Below, piece after piece: positions 38,536-53,054 of a stretch of 64,000 nt of DNA. Position 1 is the stretch's first letter; each line of letters begins with the position of its first letter. Where the stretch lies: contig NC_043005.1 of assembly GCF_006345805.1 (NCBI RefSeq), forward strand, positions 43,090,001 to 43,154,000, in the 5' to 3' direction. The notes beneath the pieces were generated by a model. That model worked only from the letters and a program-made list of their open reading frames with translations. It was not told the DNA's origin and searched no databases. The DNA is from Octopus sinensis (lineage: Eukaryota). The position numbers and the translations under genes are program-made.

Positions 38536-39358
38536 CGACGGAGTGCCAATTAGTTAAGTCTTGGCGAAGAGATGTGTCGCCATTCGAAGGACTGATCCTT
38601 CGTTTCCTGAAACGTACCTCTGGCTGAAAACGCTTCCACCAGATCAATGCAGTCCTCCACCCCTCTCTCCATGAAATCGGCTATCACTTGCCGAGGATCA
38701 ATTTTACCCACATTTTCAAATACCCGAAGTATTCAACCATCTTCTATAATGTACCATGGTCTCAGTTGGGTATCACACTCACTGACTGCGATTCATCTGC
38801 CCGCGCAAATCAATTCGTTCATTTGCTAGTGGTTTACGTCTGTGGTTGCAGTTGATGATTTCCCGCTGTGTAGTTTGTTTTCAACGCTTTGTGGTCAAAT
38901 TTCTTAATTCACCAGTACCTATTGTTCTTGTCCATGCGCGTAATTTACGTGAAAGACCTGTCCGCCTTCTATAGATATCGAACTACCTGGAACTCACTAG
39001 TGTAGCTAGAGGAAGATGAAGGGCGATCTGCCACGTGTGAGCAAAGAACTGCTTTCATGGGACCAGAAAATTTGGGTCTGATTTATAAGCGTGTACAAGC
39101 TTGGAGGCTTGGTGTGTGTGTGTGGAGGGTAAACTCAAGGGCTGCACTGGGTGGCACACACTTTTGCTGGGTTACCGTGAGAACCCATTCTTTGCCTTCG
39201 ACGATGAAGGGCAAGGAAAGTTGCTATCGAGGAAGAGACCTACCCTCCTTACATGTGCCATCTGAATGAACCTAGTCGGTTAACAAAATCTTATGCATAC
39301 TTCGGCATTGCACTAGATACAATTCTCTTACATACGTGTGTGTGTGTGTGTATATATA

Positions 39359-39398
<40 letters not shown>

Positions 39399-39447
39399 AG
39401 ATATGTTTAGAGACATACATAAATATATCTGTATAAATGTGTGTATG

Positions 39448-39493
<46 letters not shown>

Positions 39494-40069
39494 GATGCAA
39501 TATATATATATGCCTGTGTACGTATGTGTACATATATATATATGTGCGTGTATATATGCATATGTTATGTATGGGTATGTACACACATACACCCTCATGT
39601 ATACTCACACGTATACGCTGTATATATACATATATTTATATTCATACAAAAACATATTCACATTTATGTATACGTGTATACATATATGTATGTATATTTG
39701 CATATCTTCATATATGTGTTTGTGTATTTACGCACACCTACACATACGTATACATATTTAGGGTATATGCTTATATATACAAACATATATATGTATATAA
39801 GTTTACACACATATATACATACATACACACGCACACTCACACATGTGTATATGTATCCTTATATGCGCGAATGTAAATATATATATATATATATATACGC
39901 ACACGCACTCTTTGCATGCATAAGATATAGATATATGTGTATATATCTGTGTGTATGAATTATGTAGAAAAGTACGCCTGTATAATACACGGAAACCTGT
40001 TTACACACTGACATGTATATAGAAAAATGTACATAAATTCTTCAGCATATCAGTCTTATGCCAGTCACG

Positions 40070-40320
40070 AGCCTGTCGGCTCATTAAGGCTAGTGTTCAT
40101 GGCATGTAAGCGAATAGGGTGCGATGCACCCTACGGCAGTCTGTCACACGTCGTTTATCCCCAGCTTTTGATGGTACTTATATTGAGCTAAATCGACTGG
40201 AACGACATGAGATTATGTGTTTACGCTCAAGAAGGTACCAGGCAACTAAAGGCTTGGTGTCGAAACCAAGACCTTATGAACTGGGTTTTCGACACCCGAA
40301 TCATTTGACAACATTTGACA
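40070..40320 (-). mobile_element. Old tRNA-SINE remnant (C/E-like core)
   Basis: ggtacttatattgagctaaatcgactggaacgacatgagattatgtgtttacgctcaaga resembles the reverse complement of the C/E core. Confidence 0.5.
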
Positions 40321-40494
40321 ACATAGCTTCGCGCGCACGCACGCACTCACACACACACACACACAACGCGCAGACATACATATACACGCATACACACACA
40401 CGCACGCACACAGATCTCTGTGATTAAAAAATGATTGTGTATGTGAATCCTGATTACTTATGAGTGTATATGTGTGTGTATATATATATATATA

Positions 40495-40524
<30 letters not shown>

Positions 40525-40527
<3 letters not shown>

Positions 40528-40718
40528 TTCTTTACTACCCACAAGGGGCTAAACATAGAGGGGACAAACAAGGATAGACAAAGCGATTAAGTCGATTCCA
40601 TCGCCCTCCCCCCCAGTGCGTAACTGGTACTTAATTTATCGACCCCGAAAGGATGAAAGGCAAAGTCAACCTCGGCGGAATTTGAACTCAGAACGTAACG
40701 GCAGACGAAATACGGCTA
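40525..40718 (-). mobile_element. SINE family B, 5'-truncated
   Basis: Reverse complement matches 23210-23440. Confidence 0.85.
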
Positions 40719-40735
40719 TGCAGTGTATATATATA

Positions 40736-40785
<50 letters not shown>

Positions 40786-41589
40786 TGAGTGCGTGTAACA
40801 TGTATATGTGCGTTTGTGAAATAAACGCGCTTGAATACTTAATGATAAATTTAAACCGCACACATCACTCGATGCATGTGTAATGTCAAATGCTTATTGT
40901 AAAGACGATCGTTCATATTGTTGTAACCCCGAAGTTTTGTCGGCGGTGACGCATACCCAACAATTTTGAATAAGGGAACACCAACGAAACTTTCTCTTAA
41001 CAGAATTCCAACACACACACACACACACGTCTGTGTGTGTGTACGTACATACACATTACCCACCCAGACAGTGTTACTTTTATCTTTACTTTCAACTTCT
41101 ATTTTCAGCCAGGGGCAAGTGGCCATCCATGCTGGGGCATCGCCACCGATTTGATTATGAGCGTATTTCATTTCATTTCGCAGCCCTCCGCATCTTGCTT
41201 CGTTCTGATGAATCAGTGAGTTTTGGACGAACAGTGCTTACCCTTGTTTTGCAGTTTCTTTACATGAAATAATATTAATATTAATCTGAAAACTGTCTAA
41301 AAAAAAAAATTACTCCTTCTCTTCTCCCTTTACTCCAAGATTCATTTGGCCACATACGCAAAATCAGCTTTGATCCTTATAATTATCATAAGGATCGAAG
41401 ACACTCGCTTCCCCTGCCTGACTGTGTGAAACCGAATAATGGATGGAATTCACTAATTTCATGTATACACACAAATCTGTGTGTGTGTGTGTGTGTGCGT
41501 GCGTATATATATATATATATATATGTATATTTATGTATGTATATATAAATACCCACGCACACACGTTAAATATATGTATGTGATACATA

Positions 41590-41625
<36 letters not shown>

Positions 41626-42134
41626 GTAACTGGGCCTCCATGAGACCTGGAAAGTAAATATGTGTGTGTGTATAATTAAAAGAGATAGGAGAAATTGGAG
41701 AGAGAGAGAGAGAGGTATGTCCTCTTTTGCTTTCCAACCCACTTTCCTCACGTGCCCCATCCATCGCACATGCAGACACACAAATCACACATAGTAGACT
41801 TCGGATAATGCCATACTAATTCTTCTTTTTCTTTCTTTCTTTCTTTCTTTCTATTTTTTTTTTTCTTTTTCATAGCGTAACCATAATCAGAGTGTGACCA
41901 TGAGTCAACTTGTATACAATATGCTTGTCTATCTAATCTATCTTATAGATGGATGTATTAGAATATAATCTAGACACACCAGATTTTATTAGGAGACGGC
42001 TATGGGATCTTCTAGCTTCTATATTCCGTGATTTCAAAACGTAGTTGCGTAAGCGCTGAAATGCTTTCAATCGGGGAATCCAAATGGGGTCATTGACCTC
42101 TTCCAACCAAACGTCTGATGAGACATGCACAACT

Positions 42135-42155
42135 GTCTGTCCGTCTATCTGTCTG

Positions 42156-42204
<49 letters not shown>

Positions 42205-42247
42205 ATATCTATCTGTCTATCTATCTGTCTATCTGTCTGTCTATCTG

Positions 42248-42336
<89 letters not shown>

Positions 42337-42340
42337 TTCT
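42135..42340. repeat. (TCTA/TCTG)n tetranucleotide array
   Basis: Direct reading. Confidence 0.95.
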
Positions 42341-43909
42341 ATACAGATGATAGTATATATACACACACACATACGTCTTTACACTGTGTGTATAAAGAGT
42401 TGACTGCATGTATATATATATGTATACATTTGAGATAATTTTATGTTATTGTCGGGCATCTCATGGCCACAGCATCTCGACAGCCGTTCTTTTTATGTCG
42501 GTGGCATTGTCTCCGAAGCACATGTAAACTGGGGCGCCTTACGTGTAAATACTCCTCACTGCATATGTCTGAATACCAGGAGTTGCTGCAGTGGCTGCTA
42601 CAGGTTGTTGTCGGCACTGTTACCATTATTTTCTCTATCGCCGCCGTCTCGCTAACATCAAACACCATTGCCGCTGGCAATGCCTTCTTCCCACGGCGCA
42701 CATATACCGAGATCTGTATATACATACACATACATACATACATGTACACACACACACACATATATATATCAAAGCAACGTGCAGGCATATATAGGCAAAT
42801 ACGATATAAACAGACACTCGTATATACACTCACTCTTTCGGTCATACACGCCAATAAGTCTTAGGCACACAAACATAAGCATGTATGGGCAAGTACGCCA
42901 TAAATTCAGACATACACATCATCAGAGGTGGCTCAGACATCTCTCAACAGAAGCACGCACACGCACGTACATAAAGGCATGTACTGGCGACAGACTGACA
43001 GCTCCCTGGATGCAGGCTAGACACGCTGTATTTACAGACATATGCAATGTAGAGGCAGTAAATGCACAGCCTCAGACATGGCACACACGCGCGCACACAC
43101 ACCTCTCTGCTAGCAGACTAGATACGCACACACATACACACCGTGGCATGCCGAGTTTAGACAAATACGCAGATAAAAAGCATAGACCGACACATTGACA
43201 TACAATTACATATCCATATACATAACACATATTTACACCTACATATATACACTTACACATATATATACACTTACACACATATATATATATATATATATGT
43301 ACATAGACCAACGTACGTTTATACACATAATACATTATGCGTTCACGTATATTAATAGTTGTGTATATAAATAGAGACACCTCGATTGATATAGATATAC
43401 GTACATTCGTGTAGTAGCATATAGAGTTAGACATGTATGTATGGCACAGGCAAGCATACACATTTTAGTACATACACCAAGTAAGCTTGGCCAAACGGAC
43501 ACGCGCATATCCTGACATGCTGACGTACACATAAGGACAAGAGACATACACGAATCAAACGGAATCTCATCGAGGTCGTTCGACCTGCTAGAAATAGCAG
43601 TTACATCTAAATTTACCTTGTATTACATACTACCGTCTTCAAGGAAAGGAAAGAAAAGAAAAATCATTGAGTTACGTAATACTAGATTTGCAATTATGCC
43701 TGAAAAAATAAGTGACGGTCACGGCTAGAAAGCCTTTGCTGATATGTCTGCTCTACCAAGACTGGTCTGGGGCCATCAACAAGAAAAACATTACAATGAC
43801 ATACATACTACACATATACATACAGAGACTCATACACAAACATGGATGTACGCGCATACATATATATACGCTGACAAGAGACACTAAATGACATCCACAC
43901 ACCACACAC

Positions 43910-43988
<79 letters not shown>

Positions 43989-44321
43989 ACATACACACAC
44001 ACAAATTCACACATGGACAATGAGTTAAATACATTACGGATGTCGGCTCAGACGTGTATATACGACACACACACACATAGACATTGAATGACATCCACAC
44101 ACTCACATGCATACAAGCACACACACTCGCATGGACACTTCAACACTTACACGAAAACAGACGTCGACTCACACATACACCACACGCACATATAGACAGA
44201 CAGACACTCAATGACGTACACACATACTTACACACACACACACACTGACATCCATACACATGCATCGCATATCCATATATACATTCATATAAATATGCCT
44301 GTATACATACCTATATATATA

Positions 44322-44369
<48 letters not shown>

Positions 44370-45249
44370 TTATTTGTGTATATATATATATATATTTGTA
44401 TGTATACACAGCTACTGTGCCTGATGTCCACACACACACACACACACACACACATACATACATACATACATACACACTCACACAGTTATCATCCCGGATC
44501 CGTTGTCTATGTTAATGGATGGATTTCCCTTTCGCTCTTATTACATCTGTGTACATGTGTCTGTTCGTTTCATGTCTCCTCTCCAGTCTCTTCTAGTCCA
44601 CTTCACATTCATACACACACACGAATATATATATATATATACATACATGCTTATTATATACATCCATACTGTGTATTGTCGTAATCATAATTGCAATGCA
44701 TAATATCTATCAATGCAATTGTTACGTACAAACACTTTATCTAGTTAACTACGCGCGTTCACACACACACACACTGATGTATATATATATATATACACAT
44801 GTATGTATGTATGTCTGTATGATGTATGTATGTATGTATGTATGTGCATGCATATGTTTGTGTATATAGACATATATCCTTTTCTACACCGCACTTGTAA
44901 TCAAGTCTAGTCAATGTACATTTACACCGTTTATTTTATATACAAAAATAAACAGATTTATTACATTTATGTGACAACAAAAAATCTGTGAGCCCCCAGC
45001 CCGCACACAGACACTCACTCACACACACACACACACACACACCAATATACATATACTTGCCAATACAGCATACACATACATACATACACAGAGTAACGTT
45101 TACGACAAATGAAATTCGTAGAAGTTCACGCACATTACACACATACACACACACATATACAGCGTGTGCGCGTGTGTGTGTGTGCTATTATGATTACGAC
45201 TGTACATATGGATGTATAAGCATTCCGTTACATATAAATGTGTGTACTC

Positions 45250-45299
<50 letters not shown>

Positions 45300-45524
45300 G
45301 CACACATACAAACATCCATATACACGCAACAGAAATCCACCGTTTCGTATAGAACACACACAGGTACGAAGACACACACACACACATACTAGCATTTGTT
45401 AGCGCCCACTGACTGCAACTGCATGTATGTATATATGTGTGTGTGTGTGTTTAGTATGTATATATGTATAATCTGTCTAGCTGCGCACTGTCAGTCTGTA
45501 CGCATTGTATATATAATAATAATA

Positions 45525-45561
<37 letters not shown>

Positions 45562-45589
45562 TGTATATGTGTCTGCTGTGTATGTCCGT

Positions 45590-45830
45590 CCCAGTTCCCT
45601 TGATCCGTCCTCCTCCTCCTCTCTCTTTCTCCCTCCTTCTCTCCCTTCCTCTCGGTTTTCTCCTTCTCTGTCTTCTCTCACTCACTCACTCACTCTCTCT
45701 CTCTTTTTCCCTGTCGTTCTCTATCTCTCTCTCTCTCTCTCTCCTGCCGTGGCTGCCGCCGCCGTCGTCGTCGCCTTCTGCTGCTGCTGTTACCATCGCC
45801 CTCCCTAGTCTTACCCACCTGTATGTCTAG
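45590..45830. promoter_or_regulatory. Possible promoter / 5'-UTR-like CT tract with CCG/CGT/CTG triplet runs
   Basis: A pyrimidine tract followed by gccgccgccgtcgtcgtcgcc..ctgctgctg, the most GC/CpG-rich unique stretch in the window. Function is inferred only. Confidence 0.25.
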
Positions 45831-47217
45831 AACCTTGTATACATGTCAGCCAGCCAGTCGGCCCGGTTGCTTGCTGAACATTTCCATGCAGGTTGAAGAA
45901 TGAAATTAAGGGAGCAGCACGTAGGTGTTTATATATATATATATTCCATATCATACTTTTTTTTTTTTCTTCTTTCACTCATCCTATCCCTTTTTTTTTT
46001 TTCTTCTTCTTCTTCTTCTTCTCTCTTTCTCTCCTCTCCTCCCTCCTTCTTTCTATTTTTCTATTTCTTTCTCTTTTTTTTTCCACCAGTTTGTTTTTGT
46101 TTTTAATGTTACACTGTTTAATTTTTCTCTCATTCCTATGCATTGTGTTATCTCAGTGCAGTCTCAGAATTGGTTCGCCTAAATTGTCCGTCGGCCTGGC
46201 CTTATGTCTTGCTTTTGAATCAAAAAAGATTTCTCTGCTACTGCTCACAGCTCTTTCTCCTTGTCTGTCCTTTTTCATCTACGCTACTTTTTTCTCTCTT
46301 TCTCTCCTCATGAATCTCCCTCTCTCTCTGTATACGCACACATGTTTGTGTGTGTATATATATATATACACACACACAAACACATACATATTATATACAC
46401 TGTGATCTCTCCCTATATATATATCTCTCTTGCTATTTATCCATCTATCTCTCTCTGTCTGATAACTGGGGAATGAAATTACTCGAAATATCCCACAGGA
46501 GCATCGCACTTATAGGGTACTATTTATATTACATGAATATTGTATGCTTTGATCGATATTCGAACCTGTTGTCTCTTGGAATATGTGTGTCTACTCTGCT
46601 ATAATGTAACCACCAGTCAGTATGTGTGTGTGTATGTATGTGTACAAGCATGTCAGGTCGTCTAGTGGCACCATTACCATTTTTTGGTGGGAAGGTGGAG
46701 GGGAGAAGTGTACATTCCAGTCTTAAATACTAACACAATCCACCAACGCATAAAGACATACTACAACTAACAAGGTATGTTATATATGTGTATACGGCAA
46801 TAGAATCCGACTCCAGTCGATGTGAATGTATTTATATATACATGTGTGTGTGTGTACCAATGGCTGATAATGTCTATACTCATGCATGTATATGTGTGTC
46901 TGTGTGTGTGTGTATACGTACTTTGTAGTGATTCAAAAAGAAAAAGTAAAAAGAATAATAGTGTGTTAGGTTCAGTTCTCTTCTTTACCGACTTCAGCAT
47001 AGGTCGGTTGGGTTTTTTTCTAGTTAGTGTGGTGCTAATAAACCACCTACACGTCTGTAGTAATATGTGTGCAGATTTATGTTCCTTATGCATTCCTTGA
47101 TAAACTGTCTGCTCCGGAACGTCTATCTATGTCGCATACGTTCTGAAGATAATTAATTCTACCTTTCTTTCTTTCACTCCTTTTAAAGTATCCTACACAA
47201 TCATCTTTCATTCAGTG

Positions 47218-47258
<41 letters not shown>

Positions 47259-49504
47259 ATCGTTAATGAAAGAAGACGTTTTGCAAAATAGTTTGTTTAT
47301 TTGCTTTTATTCTATAATTACTTGTCTGATAAAGAGTTTTAAGCGAATTCTGCTAGTGTCTGACGACTGCTGGCTGTATGGATCAGTCTGTATAGTGAAG
47401 TACCAGTTCATACTGCTTGTTTTAGTTGATTTAGTACGCCGTTAGCTTGATGCTCGCTGCAAGAAATCATCTCCATGTATAGAGCATGTGTTACGATGGA
47501 AGCGGTGTATGTTGTTTCATATCTCTCCTTACACACAAATCATCAAATGAAATTATGTTTTAGTAAAAAGAATAAACAAAACAAAATAAAATGTTTACAT
47601 ATGAAGACTTGGCCTAGTTTTAACCTGTTGACGTTATTATAAATCGGATAAAATGATAGTGATTTAAAAGCTTCTTATAAATAAGATCCAGTCTTAATTG
47701 GCAATTTATGTGCTGATTTCCTTGTTTTGATTGAAGAATTTCTTAATGTAATTTTAGAATTATTCTGTCCCGAAACTTCCTTTACAACAACACAAATACA
47801 TTCGAGTTTACTTATATTAACAGACTAATTTGTGTTATCCAACTTTTTTTTTTTTTTTTTCCTTATTTCATTTTAATATCCCATGTCGTCGAGAATTCAT
47901 CGGTTACATTTATTGTTTATTTTACTTTTTAATTGCTGTAATGTGTTTGAAATGTATAGTTCGTTTGTCATTTCAAGGCCGTACATTTAACACATACACA
48001 CACATTCGTAAAACCTGTTGCTTGTAAAACTTTTTATCACCAAATACTTTTATAAAAAAAAAAAAAAAGCTTTTCTGTCTTTCCCATCTTTTAACCTGTC
48101 TATATATGCAGTTTTATTATGCAACTATTATCTGCAAGTGCAAAATAGTTGTTTGAAGGCTATATAGCCAAGGCTAAGTTTTTGTAGTGGTTGTTTTAAT
48201 TATCAACTTTGTGTAGTTTGGGTTTTGTTCCATATGGACTGTGTCCTATTTCTCCTTAAACCTGCGTAAAAAATAAATTGTAATCCTGTTTTCATCTTGA
48301 GATTTTGTAACCAATATCCATGGTGGTCTATGTTACACATTCCTGTTGTTCCACAAGTTCTACTAACATAGTGTTTCACCTAAAATGTGCATCGATTTTG
48401 GTATATGTATGAATTAGTAGACCTAGAAAACGTTTGAGATCATTTTGTGTCCTGTTTTACCTCAGTAAAACTGTTTATTCAGGTTTCTTATAAAGTTTTC
48501 TCAATTTGTTCCTCCATATAACCTCACCTCGTATCAAATGTATGATTAGGTAAAAAGATCTGAAAGTATGTTATAAGTAAAAAAAAAGAATCCCCGAAAT
48601 TCAGGACTATTGAGATGGCTAGATAAGGCGGTTTACAGTTTGGAGTTTTCTTACATCACTTGCCTATTAGATCATTGACAATTAAAAGCAGGTGGGAAAG
48701 TTGAAAAAGTCTAAACCTAACGTTTTTCTCACATGTCCATTATATTATACCTAGTATTGCATGAAAACAATAGTTGTTTTATCTATTACATTACGATGTA
48801 TTTACTGCTTGAGAGACCGATATTGTTACTATTTTTATATGTTGAAAGCTCGTATTGAATAAACAAAAGGCCGTTGACCTGGCTTTCCAGACGTTCTGAA
48901 AGAAGGTTAACATCTTAGAGTCTAATGTTTAAGGAACTGAATTTTCGTCTAATCTAATCACCCCACAACACATTTTAAATGAAGCCCTTTTTAAAAATCC
49001 CCGCACCTTCCAGAAAGTGAACTTTACCTTTAAAATGTAAAATAAAATTATATCATGTCTGTCTATTTTCATAAACCTTGGATTCACAGTTTGCAAAAGG
49101 ACAGCAATCCATTGTCGTATCTTGTCCCTTCACTTCTCGTGGCACCGTAATAAACCTTCGTACTTCTCTGTTCATTTGATCATTTAATTGACTCCGTGAT
49201 CATTCAGCTTAATTATCTTATTAATAATATTCAAAACCTGCGTAAGTTTATACCGATTTCTTCAACTGACATTTTCTTTGTGTTATTTTGTTTTATATTT
49301 TAACTTTTTATACCCTTTGGCAGTGATGACTCTAAACTTCGTTCGTTTCCCCCTAAATCATTAAAATGTTTCTGTTAGATTACTCTACCGAAGCCCTTTG
49401 TACATCTACATTTACACCTATGTCTGTCTTTGCAATTATTATTTTCATTTACGCCATACACTATATAATCAAGACGTGATTGCATAAACAACTTCGCGCT
49501 AGAT

Positions 49505-49835
49505 GGAACTTCTGAAATAATTGTTTTTAATTGTTGAAGGAAGGTGGATTTAGTTGATACTACTTGACTGGTAATTCATTTTATCGACACCGAGGGCTTT
49601 AAGACAAATTTTCCTCGGCCTGATTGGAACTCAGAACATAAAGTATTTGAAGAAAATACCACGAGGTATTTTGTCTGACGCTCTAACGACTCTACCATGT
49701 CCACCAACCTAAATGATTGCTTCTAATTTAGGCACGAAGCCAGCAGTTTTTCGTGGGAGGAGGCTCTTCAATTAAATCGATCCAGTGTTTGACTGGTTCC
49801 TTATTTTATCGACCCCGGCGGGATTTGAACCCAGA
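49505..49835 (-). mobile_element. Two adjacent decayed SINE B2 fragments
   Basis: ctggtaattcattttatcgacaccga..gaactcagaac and ctggttccttattttatcgaccccggcgggatttgaacccagaa. Confidence 0.7.
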
Positions 49836-50672
49836 AGTTGTGAAATAGTAACACCGGTATCCGTATAACGAAATAAAATTACATATAGGGAAAGTATTTC
49901 AAAATTCTCTTATTTAAAGCTTTCCAGATCCCTGAAGAATTATGTTTTTATACACTGTAAGATCCTCAAACATTTCTATCATACCCTACAATCCTCACTG
50001 TTCCTTTAGCTTCCTCTTAACTAGAAAGTATTTTACCTATTCATTAATTTAGTAAAATGTCGCTCCGTTACCTATTATTATAAATTATTGTGGCCATCAC
50101 TTGCAAAAAATTTTGGGATTTCTGTGTAGGATATCATAGTTTCTCTCTACATATCTTGTAAACCTTCTTGCAGTCGTAATCCCTTTTTACCAGTTCTAAT
50201 TTCAATAAATTAAAAACTTCCTCCTCTCTTCATGTATTTTTTTCTGTAACAACCAACACATCTGTCCTATGATATACTTGGCTATCCATTGTTTTATAGC
50301 AGATCTAAAATTATATTCTCCCTACATTCTGCGACACGGCATATATTGCTCGTTTTTTTTATCTTCAACCAAAAATGTATGTACACATGTGTGTGTGTGT
50401 GTATATATATATATTTATATATGTATATGTATATATGGCTGTGTATACAGGTATATATTTGTATACATGTATATATATACATACATATATATATATACTT
50501 AATTAAGAGAATAAGGTGTACATATATATATATATATTATATATATATATATATATCATACGTTAATGAAACTTTGCAAACTGCTACTCTGAGTTTACAG
50601 TTTGGGAAGTTTGACCGTAAGTTTTATTTTATGATTCTACTTCACTGTATTGAGTCCTTTTTTCATTGGATT

Positions 50673-50689
<17 letters not shown>

Positions 50690-50704
<15 letters not shown>

Positions 50705-50895
50705 TGAACGTACATATATACATATATATATACACATATATACAGATACATATATATATATAAACATATACGTATATGTGTATACACACATATATATACA
50801 TATGTATATACATATATATACACATACATATATATACACACACATGTATATATGTATGTATATATACATATATATACATATATAATATATATATA

Positions 50896-50933
<38 letters not shown>

Positions 50934-51297
50934 CATATACATTCATATATATATACATACATGTATTTATACATAGTTATATTATATGTATTTATGTATA
51001 CATACATATACAATGTCTATATACATATATATATATATACATACATACACGCATACATATATATATATATTTATATACATATACACACATGTCTATATAC
51101 ATATATCTACATACATATATACACACATACATATATATATACATACATATATTATATATATATATATACCCATACATATAAATGTATATACATACACACA
51201 CACCTATATATGTGTGTGTTTAGGGAAAATTTCAATACAGCATGAAATGCTACCTGCGCTGTGTTTGATGTCTTTCCAATACCTTTGATGTGATGTC

Positions 51298-51358
<61 letters not shown>

Positions 51359-51531
51359 TGAACGTACATATATACATATATATACATATATATATACACA
51401 TATATACAGATACATATATATATATAAACATATACGTATATGTGTATACACACATATATATACATATGTATATACATATATATACACATACATATATATA
51501 CACACACATGTATATATGTATGTATATATAC

Positions 51532-51578
<47 letters not shown>

Positions 51579-51800
51579 TATACATACATATATATATATA
51601 CATATACATTCATATATATATACATACATGTATTTATACATAGTTATATATATATGTATTTATGTATACATACATATACAATGTCTATATACATATATAT
51701 ATATATACATACATACACGCATACATATATATTTATATACATATACACACATGTCTATATACATATATCTACATACATATATACACACATACATATATAT

Positions 51801-51831
<31 letters not shown>

Positions 51832-51960
51832 CCCATACATATAAATGTATATACATACACACACACCTATATATGTGTGTGTTTAGGGAAAATTTCAATA
51901 CAGCATGAAATGCTACCTGCGCTGTGTTTGATGTCTTTCCAATACCTTTGATGTGATGTC

Positions 51961-51998
<38 letters not shown>

Positions 51999-52010
51999 TA
52001 TATATATATA
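50690..52010. repeat. Tandem duplication, two units of ~655-665 bp
   Basis: cacatgaacgtac occurs at 50701 and 51355. The unique segment ..catgaaatgctacctgcgctgtgtttgatgtctttccaatacctttgatgtgatgtc occurs at 51241 and 51904. Confidence 0.92.
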
Positions 52011-52252
52011 AACACACACTTAATGTTAAGGCTGTTGTTTATGTAATTTAGCCTAAAACAATGTACTGTTTCCATATGCTCATTGTCAAGTGTCTGCATC
52101 TTTCTGCATTTACTGTCTTTTTGCTAATTGCATCGGCCTTTATTAGAGCTTAACTTCATAATTTTTAAAACTACATAGAGCTGAATGTTAACAAACTACC
52201 ATGAGACGCGTCTATGTAAATATATATGTATATATATGTGTGTTTATGTGTT

Positions 52253-52288
<36 letters not shown>

Positions 52289-53023
52289 ATATCATATGTG
52301 TGTGAGTATATATACGTACATACATGCGTGCATATATAGTTTTTTTTTCAAATACTATTTTAAATCCACACATGCCAATGTGCTCGAATGAAAAGCAAAT
52401 GGGAAAGCGAGATGAAATTTTAAAAAGTGGGTGGAGGGGAATGGTCATTTTCTTAGAACATTTGCCGAGAATATTTTAAAATAATCAATAACTGTTGCTT
52501 TGACTACCGGCTTTCCACTTATAATACACACTGAACAGTATTTTTACTATTTCAAGCCTTCTTGGGAATTTGCAGTTTATTCCCAGCCTTATCTACTTCT
52601 GTTCCATCCTAATCTTCTTCACATCATGAAATCAAATGTACACGCTGACAGGTTTTCCATACTCTTTTTTTTTTTTTCGTTTTTTTTTTGTCTTTATATC
52701 TTTTTTGCTGCTTCTTATTATTATTTCTTTGTTGATTCTTGCATCTGGTGCCTTTTTCTTTGTTTCTTGTGAGTACTCATTCCTTCCCTCCACACACACA
52801 CACACACACCACCCATCCCTTTTTTTTCTTTTATTCATTATCTGTCTGTGTTTGTGCCTTCTTTGTATTCTGTCATCGCCTTCTCGCTACACCCCATCCT
52901 CACCCACCCACTACATCTCTCTCCTCCACGTCGCTCTTACCCGATCTAAAAGTCTTTCATTATAGCATGTACCTATAATACTAAGCCGACTCAGTTATAG
53001 CAATACTAATACAACTGCTTCCA

Positions 53024-53054
<31 letters not shown>

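Noticed and set aside
42463-42864. 133-aa ORF with a hydrophobic stretch
   Set aside because: Runs into microsatellite, has no splice or homology support, and overlapping ORFs occur on both strands.
48612-48680. Possible pre-miRNA hairpin
   Set aside because: Pairing is weak with several mismatches and a large loop; no known mature miRNA was recognised.
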